Source: Bispira polyomma (taxonomy: Eukaryota). Taken from it: 64,000 nt of DNA. The notes under the pieces are model-generated. The model had not been told where the DNA came from. It was given only the letters and a program-made list of their open reading frames with translations, and did not search any database. The stretch covers positions 76,136,001 through 76,200,000 of the forward strand of contig OZ287751.1 of the NCBI GenBank assembly GCA_965649765.1. The letters are read 5' to 3'. The stretch's first letter is position 1. Every line of letters begins with the position of its first letter. Both the position numbers and the translations under genes were made by a program. Positions 13,879-27,600 of the stretch are shown one piece after another.

Positions 13879-14299
13879 TACTTGTACTTTTGATTGTAAC
13901 CTGTTATTGTACACTTGTATGCAAGTATATATATATATATATAAATGATCAGGATTCACATATGTAGTGACAACATATTCATGATAGTAAACCTATATCC
14001 AGGCTGTTTAAATCATTTCTATCAAATTTATTTTATTACTTTCTATCATTTAGTTTTTTTTTGTGTGTGTTTTTTGGTATGTCTTCTGTTTTAGTGTGTC
14101 TTGTAACCTGCGTTGTTTTTTTTGCCTTTTCCATTGCAAGAAATTAATGGCTAAGATTAATGTATGTGTTGTGTTGACTGGGTTAACCATTTTGGTTGAA
14201 CTTGAAAGAAAGCAGTACGGAATGATTTATTTTGAAATGTATCGTGGATGGGGTATATTTTTTGTAGAGAGTTTTTATCAAAACCATCATAACAAATAT

Positions 14300-17200
14300 T
14301 GGAAATAATATTAGAGTCCAAACTGTCAAGGTTTACAAAGTAAAGAAAAACGGTTTGATGTGTTATCTTTTTTTAAAGACAAAAATTTTAACATTGTGTA
14401 TCTCCAAGATACACATTGGGCCGAAAAAGATGTCAAAAGTGTAAAGAAGATATGGGGAAATGATTTTTGTATGATTTTTTGTATAAATCAAATTCTCGCA
14501 GTGTTGCGATTCTTTTGAGCGACAATTTTGAATATGAGGTCATATCTTTGAAAAAAGACAAATTAGGAAATTATTTACAATTGTCACTAAAATTTTGCAC
14601 AGTCACATTTAACCTAATAACTATATATGGACCAAATAATGACGATCCATCATTTTTTAGAGAAATACAAAATATAATGCAACTCACATCTACCGATTTT
14701 ACAATAGTGTGTGGAGACTTCAATTTTAGTTATGGATCAATGAAATGATACATACAATTATAAACATTTAAACAATCCAAGGGCACGATTGCAAGTGTTG
14801 GACATTATAAAAGAATTTGACTTAATATATATTTTTAGATCAATTCATCCAGAAAAAAAACGATATATATGGCGAAAACTAAACCCTAAAAAGCAAGCAA
14901 GACTTCATTTTTTTGGTATCTGACAATTTGACTGATATAGTTAATAAATGTGACATAAAATGTGGATATCACTCTGATCATTCTGTTATCGAGTTAGATA
15001 TAGTGATTAATAAATTTGTTATTGGTAAAGGCATTTGGAAGTTTAATAACAGTCTATTAAAAAACCTGATTACTTGTGTTTAATAAATAAAACAATTGAT
15101 GACAAAGTCATAAAATATGTCTTGCCAGTTTGTGATTTTGATTTTTCTGCCATGTAATTTAGAACAGGTGGAACTGTCAATTGATCATGCCACTTTTCTT
15201 GAAATAATTTTTCTTAGAGTAATGGGTGAGACCATTAAGTTTGCTACAGCACTGAAGAAACAAAACCCTGTGAAAGAATTCTAAAGAGTAGTTGTATAGT
15301 TCTAAAGAATTAATAAAAGACATTGACTATTTGGAATCACGTGCAGATTTATTAAGATCAAATGATCAGCTACTTACTGATAGAAAAATAGAATTAGAAA
15401 ATATTCATCCAGTAAAAGTGAAAGGTGAACAAGTAAGGTTGCCATTACAATGGCTCAGTCACAGAGAAATGCCTTTAAAATATGTTTGTAAATTAGAGAG
15501 CCAATTTTTTTTTGATAAAACAGTTAAAAAACTACAGTTACAAGATGGTACTTTTGTGTCAAAATTAGAAAAAGTACTGCATCACGTTTAAAAATATTAT
15601 GCCAATCTATTCCAAAACAATAATAGTATACTACAAAATGTTCAATTAAATGATATTTTACACAATTATCATGTCAATAAGATTGTAAATAGTAATCTAG
15701 GGAATCCAATTACTGTTCAAAAAGTAGGGTCAGTTTGAAAAAGATGAAGCATAACAAAACTCCAGGAATGGATGGCATCACTTCGGAATTCTTAAAAGTT
15801 TGTTTGGGTAAATTAACATTTTATATTATGCAGGCAATTAACACATGATTTGAAAAATGTCTTCTATCTACCACACTTCGTCAATGCCTGCGTAAGTGTT
15901 CATCTAATGGAAAAAAAATAGGAAATTACTGCTTTGGGTAGTGTATAAGCTAGTCTCCGAAGTTATTGCGAACAGACTACAACCAACTCTAAATACCATT
16001 ATATCAAGGTCACAATCTGCTTCATACCTGGTAGACAACTTAGCGACAGTACTAAATTGATCTATGATTTAATGCATACAGCTGAAATAACAAATATACC
16101 AGGACTAATAATGTTAATAGAATTTGAGAAAGCTCGATTTTATTTCTTGGAAATATCGATATAAAAGTCTAACTTACTTCGGTTTTGACCCTAATCGTAT
16201 AAACAGGATAAAGATGTTTAATAATAACATCAAAGCCTATGTAGTGCAGTGTGGCTTTTTGTCATACAAAATTCATATTCAAAGAGATTGCAGACAGGGT
16301 GACATGATTTCTCCTTATCTCTTTTTGATTGTTGCAGAAGATCAATACTGATCAGATTTAATGTAGAAATTACAGGCTCAAAATTTAAGAAAATAGAATT
16401 TAAACTGACACAGTTTGCAGATGGCACCACATTTATTCTAGATGGTACAACAAACTCCTTAATCTTATTAGCAGCTCTTAATACAATTGAAATTTTCGGA
16501 AATTATTCTGGACTAATGATGAATAAAGGAAAAAAACAAAACAAAGTCATATGGATTGGTAGGAAACAATTTTGTATAGATAAGCTAAATGTTACTGAGA
16601 AATTAAATTGGTGTAAAACAGAGTTTAATTTTTTAGAAATAGAATTTTCAACAGATATAAGTACCACATATGTTGTTTTCATTATTTGTCATTTAGTAAC
16701 ATCATTTATAAAAGTGACATTAATAAAAGTTTATGTTTTACCAAGAGAGATGTTATTGTTAAGTTGACCTTACTTATTTAAAGGTTAACCTTAAACTAAG
16801 AATTGATGGAAAACCACTTTATAACAAATAGTCAAAACATATAGTTTTCCCGTTTTATTTTATCAGGTTTGTTATTCCAAAGGAACTTGTAAAACATTTT
16901 GTTTAACTCTTCTGAGAGAGTATCAGGTATTGGTACTGATAGAAATAAATTAATTAGTTTTGAAACAAGAATTGTTTTTATCATTATAATTTTACCCAAG
17001 GGTGTAAGATATCTACCATTCCATTTTTTTTTATTTCATATTTTATTTTTTCGATACATTTGGAATAGTTCAGCTGTGGGATGTTAGGTCTTTATTATTG
17101 TTAAGCTAAATTATATAACCTATTGTATGTCAGATGTCAGAATTGTTTGTAAATGTATTTCTATTTGAATAACACACTTGATGTTTGATAATCCATAATT

Positions 17201-19040
17201 AGTTATGTTTGCTTTATAAGGATTATTGTAAATAGATGGCATCTGTATAGGGATTATGGGACTAATTAGTATTGTTAGAATGTGTATATAAACCACTACA
17301 TTTTGGATGTTAAGACAGAGATAAACTGAGCAGCGATAGATAGAGAGCAGAATGAAATAGTAACAGCAAAAGTAGAAGTGAATTTTAGAACTAAGAGAAT
17401 AGAAATAGAATATACAAGTTAGGTTATTAGTGAAGTGAACTAAAAAGAGACAGACCTAAAGTTATAATTACATGTACTATATCTTCTTTTAAAATTGTTT
17501 TGACTATTTCAAAGGGGGACTGAGAATGTTAGACATCTATAATTTTGAAAAGGCTTTAAAAGTTATTTGGATGGCAAGATTAAGCCTTCTAAAGGAATCA
17601 TCATGGCAAACTTAATTATTGAAAACATATGAAAATCTTGATATTTGTTTACAGTGGGACCAGAATGGTGCAGGAGTATAATGAAAATTGTTAGAAATAA
17701 ATTTTGGCAAAATGTCCTTATATAAAGCACATAAGGTAAGGTCAAATAGTGGTATGACACAATCTTGTATATGGTATAATGTTCAGATTTCGGAATAACC
17801 AATGTTCTATCTGGTTAGGCACAAAAAAGAAATATGCTGTGTTGGCGACATAGTGGATACAGCTGGGAAGGTACTTGATATAAATAGTATCAAAAGTAAA
17901 TATAATTTAAACCTTTATTTATTGCATTATTTTAAAGTATATGCAAGAGCTAACTAAGTTTATTGCTTAATATATAGAAGACGCACTATTTGAATGTATT
18001 AGACCATATTACCGGTTTCATTTAAAATTTTTAATGAATAATAAAGGGTATAACGACCTATATGTGTTACTTCAACAGAACCTTTATGTAAGACCAAATG
18101 GTCAAGGGAACTTAATATGAATTAAAAGATAATATGTGGTCAAATCTCTTTAAATGTTGTTTCAAATCTGTGATAGACAATTCTCTAATATGGTTTCAAT
18201 ACAAAGTATTATTTCATATTTTAGATACAAATGATTAACTAAATAAAATTAAAGTTATTGCGAATAATAAATGTACGTTATGTGGAAAAATGCCTGAGAG
18301 TATTATAAAATATATTTGGCTGCTGTGAAAAAGTATCTGTATTGTGGAACAACAAAGGAAATTGGATCTGAAGAAGAATAGATATTGAGATAGATATAAC
18401 TGAACCAATAAAAATCTTAAATTATCCTATATTAGACTCTCATTTTTGGCCATTAAATTTCATCCTTCTTATTACAAGAAATTATATTATAAATGTACGG
18501 AAAAAAATAGATCTTAATATTTACTATTTACAACAAGAAGTTAAAAGGAAGTTTGAAGAACGAAAAATACTTATGAGAAATAAATGGAAAGCATATTGTT
18601 TTTTACAAATAATGGGAAAGATGGAAAAATTTTCTAGTATATATAGTACTAATTCAATTCTTGTTATGTATTCAGTTTTTTGTGTTGTTACCGGATTGAT
18701 ACTTACCTGTGCAAAATATTTTTGACATAATATCAGTCTGTTACTAATCTATTAGCTCAGTTTATGCAATATATATTTGAAAAATTAATTTTAGTTTGTT
18801 ACCTATTTAGCAGCTTATTTTATGTAATATATATTTGTTCGTCTACATTTTTGATATCATGTGACTGCTAAAAGTATGTATCCCAGTATTTTTGTAATTG
18901 TGAAATATTTTGTGGGAAAGTGAGATACATTCTGTATATGTACTTATATGTTCTTAAACATTAACCAAAACTATGGAGATATACCCAATGTAACACATTT
19001 TAATGTAATATGGAAAATGTTTTGTGTCCTGTGACTGTGT
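14300..19040 (+). mobile_element. L1/Tx1-clade LINE, near-complete but heavily mutated ORF2 plus 3' UTR
   Basis: APE motifs (NCQGLQ, LQDTHW, IYGPNNDDP, CGDFN, SDHS), RT motifs (KTPGMDG, CRQGDMISPYLF, QFADGTT) and a C-terminal CTLC; many stops and frameshifts; interrupted at ~16660-17470. Confidence 0.88.
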
Positions 19041-20538
19041 GAAGAAACCCCCAAAAAACAACATCAGATCTTAGTTTATTGAGACATTTCTATTCAGCCC
19101 AGTTTGAGTCAGCATCAGGTAGGAGTTCTTCTTTGGCACTTATCTCTTTCCATAAGGCAGCTCTGGTATTTTCAACTCCACTGGGTTCAACTTTGTTGAG
19201 AAATCTTTTCTAGACTTGAGCCGACTCTTTGCTGATTTATGTCTAAATAGAGGGTGCGCTCATCTGTAGTCTGGCACTGGTGTTATCTACTACTTACAGC
19301 ACTGAGTCAAATTTCTGGTGGGCTGGAACCTCAGCTTGTTCCATTAAGTATGCTGGCAATGTAGTTTCTTGTACAGAGTTTTGCCACACTAGCTTCAAGC
19401 TGCAGCAGATCTTGCTGCTCTTATTTCATCCAGAAATTTCCTGCATGCCCTGAATGTTAGGCACATGTTTGACAGATATTATTCATAAAGACCGCTCTCA
19501 GTGCGAAAATTGACCCATATTGTGTCACATTTGGAGAAAAGTTCAAATCAACATTTTTGTCTATAAATCACTAGTTATTTGGATAATATTAACAAATTTA
19601 GCACAGATTATATTTTTGAAAACCTTCTTTCAATGTATGTTAATTATTAAAATTTCAGAAAAATAGTTAAAAATCAACGGATACATGTACAGGACATTTT
19701 TGATGAAGTCCTTCATGCTGGGTTTTGCACACAAAATGATGACGATATATTCTATTAATAACTCAGAAATTGCACGAAAATAAAGTGAGAAAGCTTATTT
19801 TATTGCGATTCCTGTGCTTTTTGTTGCGTCAAAATTCTCTGAGAAACGGCTAAGATATTCATGCTTAAATATAAGTACCCATCTCTAAAAATGTTGACGG
19901 CAACCTCATCCTCAGACATCTAGAGGATTTTACTGGGCAATTTCTCCTTCAAGTTAAGCTATTTTAGTGACTAAACCTTCTTCGAGTTTTAGAAGGTTCC
20001 TTCATCTAGGTAGTAACTAAACCTCGGATCAAACTGTATTTTATAAATATCCATATCCATTTATTATTGACAAAATGTGTAAAATTATTTACCAAAAATA
20101 TTAAAATTAATTTAGTTTGGGTTTGTAATAATATTTTATTTTTAATGACGAAACTAGAAGGTCCAGTTAAAAAAATCACCAGAAAACATATATTACGACA
20201 CTGTATATAAAACACAATGTGCAAAAAACAATGTTTTAGAAAAATCACGTTAAAATGTTGGGGTAAAAACTTAGTGGGGGAAACAAAGCTAAAGATCTCC
20301 ACAAATTTAAGTAGGGTAAAAGTAGTCTTTTGATAATTATTTGAAGTAACGGAATTTAATAATTGAGAAATTAGTGTAAGATCAAATTTGTGACTAGCTA
20401 ATTTCACTACAACCTGCATTATTGATTCTCTTTATAATGCCTGCCAGTACACAATAGTACTATACTATTATAATTAATCAAGTAATCTTTACTTTAACAA
20501 TATCCCATGTTGACATTTAGCCTTGAATAAGTGTACAG

Positions 20539-21217
20539 CTATTTCTTATGCTTTCTACATGTGCTCAAACTAGTATATTTAAGATCAAACAGTTGATTGT
20601 AAAATTCATACTCAAGCTGAATGTCTTTCCTTTGCATTAGCATATTTTTAGCCTCATTTGACACATTTACCCTTGTTGTACTTTTGTTAGGTTTTTTAGA
20701 AACTGTATGGTACATTTTCAAATCCCCTTTAAAGTACTGTGGAAACATGTATTCTACTACCTCTATGAATTGATCATAGTTTTCAAGGTAACCAATCACA
20801 GTAAAAGCGGATATGGCATTCCGTTTGGCCTGAGCTAATGCACATTCTGAAGGCATAATACACATTGGATCTTGACCACAGAAGTGTGGTATCATTGAAA
20901 ACATAAACCTTGGAACTGCACATTCTATATCTTTACTTTTCACACAGTCATTGAAGTTCATACTTTTCCTCTTTAGCCTGGAGTCCTTGGCTTGTTCAGT
21001 TAGATCACCCAATGGTGGGGCGTAAACATTATGTTCCCTGCGATAGTAATAAAAGGACACTAGCCTTTCTATCGGATCCCTAACAATATTTATATAAGAT
21101 GGGTTCATTCGGTATCCAGCTGCAGTAAAGTTGATGTAATCCAAATGACCGTAAAACAACCAGGGCTCTTTCTCATGAAGAAACTGGTTTTGTATGATAT
21201 ATTGCACACCATTTTCA
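20539..21217 (-). CDS. Sulfotransferase last coding exon
   Basis: Acceptor ttttctttcag at 21218-21220 (minus strand), open frame to the stop at 20539, with the RDPIERLVS motif. Confidence 0.9.
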
Positions 21218-24100
21218 CTGAAAGAAAACAATGTATATAGTATAGTTAAATCAATAATTTAAATGAAAAAGCAATTGATACAATGTTGTAAAAACTTTAG
21301 TATACCCCCAAAAGATTTACCAAACCTCAGCGATAAAGAAAGGTACTTTGCATTATTTTTCTATCACCATCATACAAGTTCAAATGCAAGAATGAAGACA
21401 CTTTTGTTAACTAAATCACTCTCAGTAGTTCTCCTATAGTTTCCTTACTGACCTGCTCTTCCATCTTCCACCATCCTCAATGGTAATTTGAGGCCATAGA
21501 CTTTTCTATGTCACTCTTCTATCAGAGAGCTTACTCAGTAGCTACTACTAAGCTATAGAACGATCTTGCATGGGCTTACATCACAATATACACTTTCAGC
21601 TTTAGGAACATAGTCCCATCACATTAAACTAACTTACTCACCTTAGGTTCTTTATTTGTTACAGCAATATAAACTTTTATGACCTGGCTATGTTATTTTA
21701 CTATCCCTTGATTTACCAATTTTGATTCTGTGCTTTAAAAAATGGCTAGCATCATCATTGCATGTTAAAACCCCAAAATACAATATATTATATTGTGTGG
21801 TTCACATCATGCCTACTTAATTTTGTTGGCCTTAATTGTAAGATATGCACTAGTTTGTCAATTTTAATTTGCAAATGTTGATCATAATCATCTATTTAAT
21901 TAAAGTAAACTCACCTTAGGTGATAAGGTTTTATAATATGTTTAGGATTACGATAGTTCAGCTCAATAATGTCAAAATGATGAACTTTTTTCATGCGACC
22001 AATTAGTCGACGGAAGCCGAAGCTTCCACATTTTGGAACCATATTGTAAATCAACTTGGTTTCTGCAGGCTTCTTCGTAATGCGACACAGATCTTCACCA
22101 GGATTATTCCAATTTCCAGATTCTAAATTCATTGGCACTGGTTCTCTCACGGCACTTAATAACATCTAAAATATCAGAGATGCAGGTTAGTATTGATTGT
22201 TTTTTTTTAATAACTTTATTTCAGACATACATAATGGTCTATAAGACAAAAGAAAGATAATGATATATTAATATGTACATAAATATGCACAACTATGTAA
22301 GTTGCCTAAGTATTCATGCTATTTTACACATATACATTCATTCCATCGGGCAGTTACTTTTGAAGATTTAGATATGTAACTACAATAATAGTTACTAATA
22401 AGTTTGTTACTACAGTTCACAATTCTGTGAAGCAAACCGGCACAGTTTATTCAAGTTATTTCTTGATATGACCGAATACTATGTCGGACAAACATTTCGG
22501 ATGCACTGCCATAAGTTGGATACTTAAACAATGCCCTAAAACTATTGTTGTATTTACCAAAAGCTTTATGTAAATACTCTGTGTATATACACCCCATAAG
22601 GGACAACAATAAAAACTGTACATAAAACTTCTAAATAGCATACACTTCGATTTAAAAACTAGCAGTTTTAAAAATTACGATGCAGCATATTTCCTCTTGA
22701 AAAATTACTGCTTGTTCGTTTCTGTATATCTTTATCATCACATAAATTGTGTGTAATATAGAGCTAGGTACTTAAATTTATCAACAATTTTAATCGCATT
22801 AATTCCAAGAAGGACTTGAGGAAAAGGCACACTAAATTTTCTGTCATAATTACATAGGATGTGCATACAGACTTACACTCATAAAAAATGATATCATTGT
22901 TTTTACCAAATTCGTAGCAGATATTAACAAGAGTTTGTAGACGTTTTACAGAAGGGGAAATGAGAACTGTATCATCAGCATATACAAGATGATTTATAAT
23001 GTATCCATTAAATAAACATCCATTTGACAAGCAGTATAATTTTACACTTAATCTGTCTTTTTTAACATTAAACAGCAGGGGAAAGAGAATTCCTCCCTGA
23101 CGTAGTCCATTTACTCTTGATAAAAAAACCCCCACTGGCTATCATAGAACCCCACCTCCCACACACTTTCTGGCTATTGTACCAGTAATAAAGTATTCAG
23201 ATGATATAGGCAGGGACATTGCATTCAAGTAGGCATTTGAACAATACTCCATGATTAATTCTGTCAAATGCTTTGGAGGCATCAAGAAAGGTTAAAAAAC
23301 CACTGGTGTTGGAGCTTTATAGTAGTTTAGTATCTCTTTCAGAAGAAGTATACACATGTCATTTAAGTTCTACGTTTAAAACCAAATTGGTTATCTGTTG
23401 TATTCAGGAAGGACTCTAGTCTATTGAGTAATATGTGTTCAAACAGTTTAGAAAATGCAGCGCATATATCAATGGGGCATACGTTTGACTTGGAACTCAA
23501 TTTACCGCATTAGTATTTCATTATAGGCACAACGATACTCTAATAAAACTGATCTTGTGCCTTCTGTCATACTAAATGTATTATTCCTTTACTGCTATCT
23601 TTATGATTTATACTGTGTTAGTTAAAATATTATGGTGTACATTGCATGACCATATTGGATGGAATGCATACTTTGGAAGAAGATGCTACAATGACATTGT
23701 TATGGGGCCTCAGTGATGTTGTACTAACACACTTGCCTCCCACCTCCGACTTGATGAAGGCTGGTGGTTTGCAGTGCAGAAAATCTTCTGCTCTTATTTT
23801 CTCCCCAGAAAACTACTATCGTAATTTGACACAAACACCTTTGTATTGGCAGAATACTAAAGTTATTTGATCATAATTGTAGACTAATTAAAACAAAACA
23901 GAGATTTGTTTATATATTTTTCCAATACAATTTCTTATTCATGAAAAGACGGTATTGCATTGCAAAAAGAAACCACATAAAAAAATGCATGCGATGATAT
24001 TAAGAATAAATTTACTTGCCTTCTGTGAATTATTATGTAACATGACTTTTACAATAAAAATCATTGCCATTCCAATTATTATCAATAACCCACTTTTCAT
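20539..24100 (-). CDS. Heparan-sulfate/uronyl 2-O-sulfotransferase-like Golgi enzyme (HS2ST/UST/pipe family), 336 aa; coding exons 24100-24020, 22165-21915, 21217-20539
   Basis: Exon phases join cleanly (81+251+679=1011 nt). N-terminal signal anchor MKSGLLIIIGMAMIFIVKVML; 5'-PSB-like YNMVPKCGS; YGHLDYINF; 3'-PB IVRDPIERLVSFYYYRR; IPHFCGQDPMC; ALAQAKRN; EYEFY. An acceptor at 24146-47 implies a further upstream UTR exon. Confidence 0.88.
21915..22165 (-). CDS. Sulfotransferase middle coding exon
   Basis: Acceptor attttag, donor AG|gtgagt; encodes LIYNMVPKCGS. Confidence 0.88.
22200..23530 (-). mobile_element. Intronic non-LTR retrotransposon fragment (RTE-X/Proto2-like; clade tentative)
   Basis: LDASKAFDRINHGVLF, NGLRQGGILFPLLFN, HLVYADDTVLISPS, LFRSFMYSFYCCPLW; aataaa plus A tail at ~22200-22220. 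Confidence 0.8.
24020..24100 (-). CDS. Sulfotransferase first coding exon (signal anchor)
   Basis: ATG at 24100, 27 largely hydrophobic codons, ends at AAG|gcaagt (GC donor) in the phase the next exon requires. Confidence 0.75.
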
Positions 24101-24660
24101 AATATTTTCTGCAACTTTAAAATCAGCTGAATGTGTCACTGGAACCTAGATAGTATAATAGAACAGTGACATTTGTAATTAAATGCCAGTTCAAGGCAAG
24201 CTTTTATTAACATGAAGAAACAATGCAGAATATATTGTCACTTTAATTGAATTATTATATTATATGCAAATCACAATTAATTACTAATGTAAGATTATTA
24301 TTTCTTGTCTCCACAACAGTATGGTGGTTTACAATCTTAGACCTTGTGACATATTAAATGGTACCATGATACCAAAATTAAAAGTAAGTCATTTAATGAT
24401 ACAACAAATTACAGAAGTGTTAAGCAGTATAATAGGGAACATTTTTGATAATGGTGTACTAGATCAACATAAAAATGTCCTTAGTTCATCAAGTTTTCAA
24501 TATGGCTTTAAAAGTAAATAATCGATCACTCAATGTACCCTTTTGGTGAATGAAACAGTTCAGTACAATGCCCATAGAAAAATTTAGATTTATTGGACAG
24601 TTTATCTAATGTTATTAGATGCATCCCAGGCTTTTAACAGAGTGAATTGTCTGAAGTTAT

Positions 24661-27600
24661 TTTTTTTTTTTTTTTTTATTTTTATTATTCACATAAATCA
24701 TATAGCATTAATACTGTAACATGAAAACCACAATTTTACACAACATACGTAAATTGTCGATGCTGAAACATAAAAAACACAATTTTACACAACATACATA
24801 CATCATTTACATGAAAAACACAAATTTACACAACATACAAAACGATTTTACAACATAAACAAAAAAAAAACAACAAAAGACAAGAAATGCAATAACAGTA
24901 TTTCACAAGATACACAACCTACATAATCATACCCATTACTAGTGTACTAAATGTTTCCTATATGTTACTTTTACAAAAATAAGTAAACTTCAATGTCTGA
25001 CAAACATGTAATCAATCTAAAATTCACCGTAATTTACGTAAATAAATTGGCAAATACTGCCCAATTTTGTTGGAATTGACTTTGTCTATCCAATTCAATA
25101 CTCAGATAATATTGTTCTTCATAATTTGTTTTAAGTCTCCTTTGTAATTCAATCAAATTTGGCAACGTAGCTTTTATTGCACATGTAAAGATATAGTGTT
25201 TGGTGGTAACTAACAAGGTATTAATTGGGTGGAAGTTGTTGTCCGTGTTAATATGGCCTAGTATAATCTCGATTGGAGTAATGCACATAATTTTATTTAC
25301 TTTAACCGCTATCCACCTTTTTAATTTTTCCCAAAGCGTTTTAGCATTTTCACATAAAACTAATAGGTGTAGCAATGTTTCTGGATATGAATGACAAGAT
25401 CTACACATTGTTGAATCACTTATGGCCATTTGACCAAGGAGTTTATTTGTTCCCACTATTCGATATAATACTCTATACTGAAACCAAATTAGTTGGTTAT
25501 TCTTTATTGAGTTAAAACAAGCACGAAATATTCTTTTCCAAGTCAATTCATCAATAACGGTTTCTAAGTCCTTGTTCCACTCTTTTTTAAATTTTCCTAC
25601 ATTTTCCTGTTCATTCAAAATGTTGTATATATTTTTGCACCCCTTTTCTTGTTGTAATAAAAATCTTATGTGATGGGGGATAAAGGGCCTTTGAAAAACT
25701 GCCAGAGTTTTAAGTTTAGTACATTTTGTAAACTCCTGTATTATGCTCCTAACCTGGAAGTAGTCCAAGAAGTTTGTGATTGAAAAATTATATTTGGATT
25801 CAATCTCTTCCTTAGTTAATATTTTGTTTGTGGAGAAGTCCACAAGATCACAAATTTGGGTAATCCCTTTGTTATACCACAATTCCTTGTATAATTTAGC
25901 ATTTTTTAGTCTAGTATTATACCATAGAGGTGTAGACAGTTTATCCAAGTTTGTCTTCAAGGGAATCGTGCAATATATAAAATTCCACATTTGAAAAATC
26001 TCTCTCCAGAAGGAGTTTTTAGTTTTTTCATATAGTTTTACAGACCAATGCGGGCCAAAGTCCATTAATTTTTTAAGTGAGCAGTGTGTGTTTTCAAACA
26101 ATTTGACCCACTGACAGTCTTCTGATCGTATAGGTCTTCTTATCCAAGTACATTTAAGGGCTTTGATAAAGTGGCCAATATTTATCATCTTTAGCCCTCC
26201 GTCTCTATATGTTTGAGTGATATTAACACGTTTTATTTTGTCTGGTTGATCGTCCCAGAGAAATTTATAAAACTTGGTTTCAAGTTGCTTCAAAAATTTT
26301 TCGCTGGGTATAGGGCTGACCATAAATAGGTGATTCAACTTGGAAATTGCTAAAGTCTTAATTACCGTAATTTTACCCAACGGGGTTATAGTTCTCTTCC
26401 TCCAATTTTTTAAAGTCTCATCAATCTTGCACAGAGCTTTGGGGTAGTTTAACTCTGGAATTTCATCCAAATCAACGCAAAATTCTATTCCTAATAATGA
26501 AAATTCTACCGCATCCCAATCGAATTTATAGTTTGTTTTCATTTTTTCTTTAGTAAATCTTTTTCTTCCTATCCATACCAATTTTGTCTTGCTAGTATTC
26601 ATTTTTAGCCCTGATACTGAACCAAAAACTTCTAAAGTATTTAGGGCTGCTAACAATGAACTCTCTGAGCCATCCATTATCAAAGTAGTGTCATCAGCAA
26701 ATTGGGTAATTTTAAACTCTTCATTTCCAACAATTATACCAACAATGTCTTTATTTATTTGTATCAGTTCAAATAAGACTTGTGCACAGAGAATAAAGAG
26801 ATATGGAGCAATAGGATCTCCCTGCTTACACCCTCTCTCTATGTTAATAAAATCAGACAATACACCTGCTTGTAATATTGTTGCTTTTATATCTTTATTA
26901 AAGAGCTTTATCCACTCAATAAAACTTTTACCAAATCTAAATTGTTCTAGGGTTTGGTACATAAATTTCCATGATACTGAATCGAAAGCTTTTTCGAAAT
27001 CGATAAGCATGAGAAGTGTATTGATATTCTTATATTGAATATGGTTCATTATATCGTAAATCAACCGAGTACCTTCTCCAATAAAGCGACCTTTAATGAA
27101 TCCAGTTTGTGCTTTTGCTATCAGTTTGAGTAGAAGTTCTTTTAACCGTGATGCAATGGCAGAGGAGGTTACTTTATAAAGGACACTTATTAGCGAGATT
27201 GGTCTCCAATTTTTTAGCTGATCTCTTGGTTTATTGCCTTTGGGCAAGCAACTAATTATGGTTTGTCTAAGGCTAATTGGTAGCGAGCCTTTTAAATAAC
27301 AATGATTTAGTGCCCGCAGAATAAAATATTTGAGCCTTGACCAAAATATCTTGTAGAAATCAGCAGGAAGGCCGTCGATCCCCGGAGTTTTATTATTTTT
27401 CATATTTTTTAATGCTAAACTTAGTTCTTTAAGTGTTAGGGGACCTTCCAATTTAGAAGCTTCTCCAAGTGAAAGTTTATTTTTAGCGTCGATTAAGCCT
27501 TCCCAGTTTAAATCTTGTAGATCTTTTTCCCTGTTTGCAAAGAGTTTTGCATAAAAGTTCCTTACTTGGTCAAGTATTTCTTTTTGTGACGTTACTGTAT

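Noticed and set aside
19060-19480. Possible gag-like coding relic on the minus strand
   Set aside because: Too degraded to assign without a database search.
20006-20419. 137-aa minus-strand ORF downstream of the sulfotransferase
   Set aside because: Low-complexity F/L/I-rich translation of AT-rich probable 3' UTR, with no motifs.
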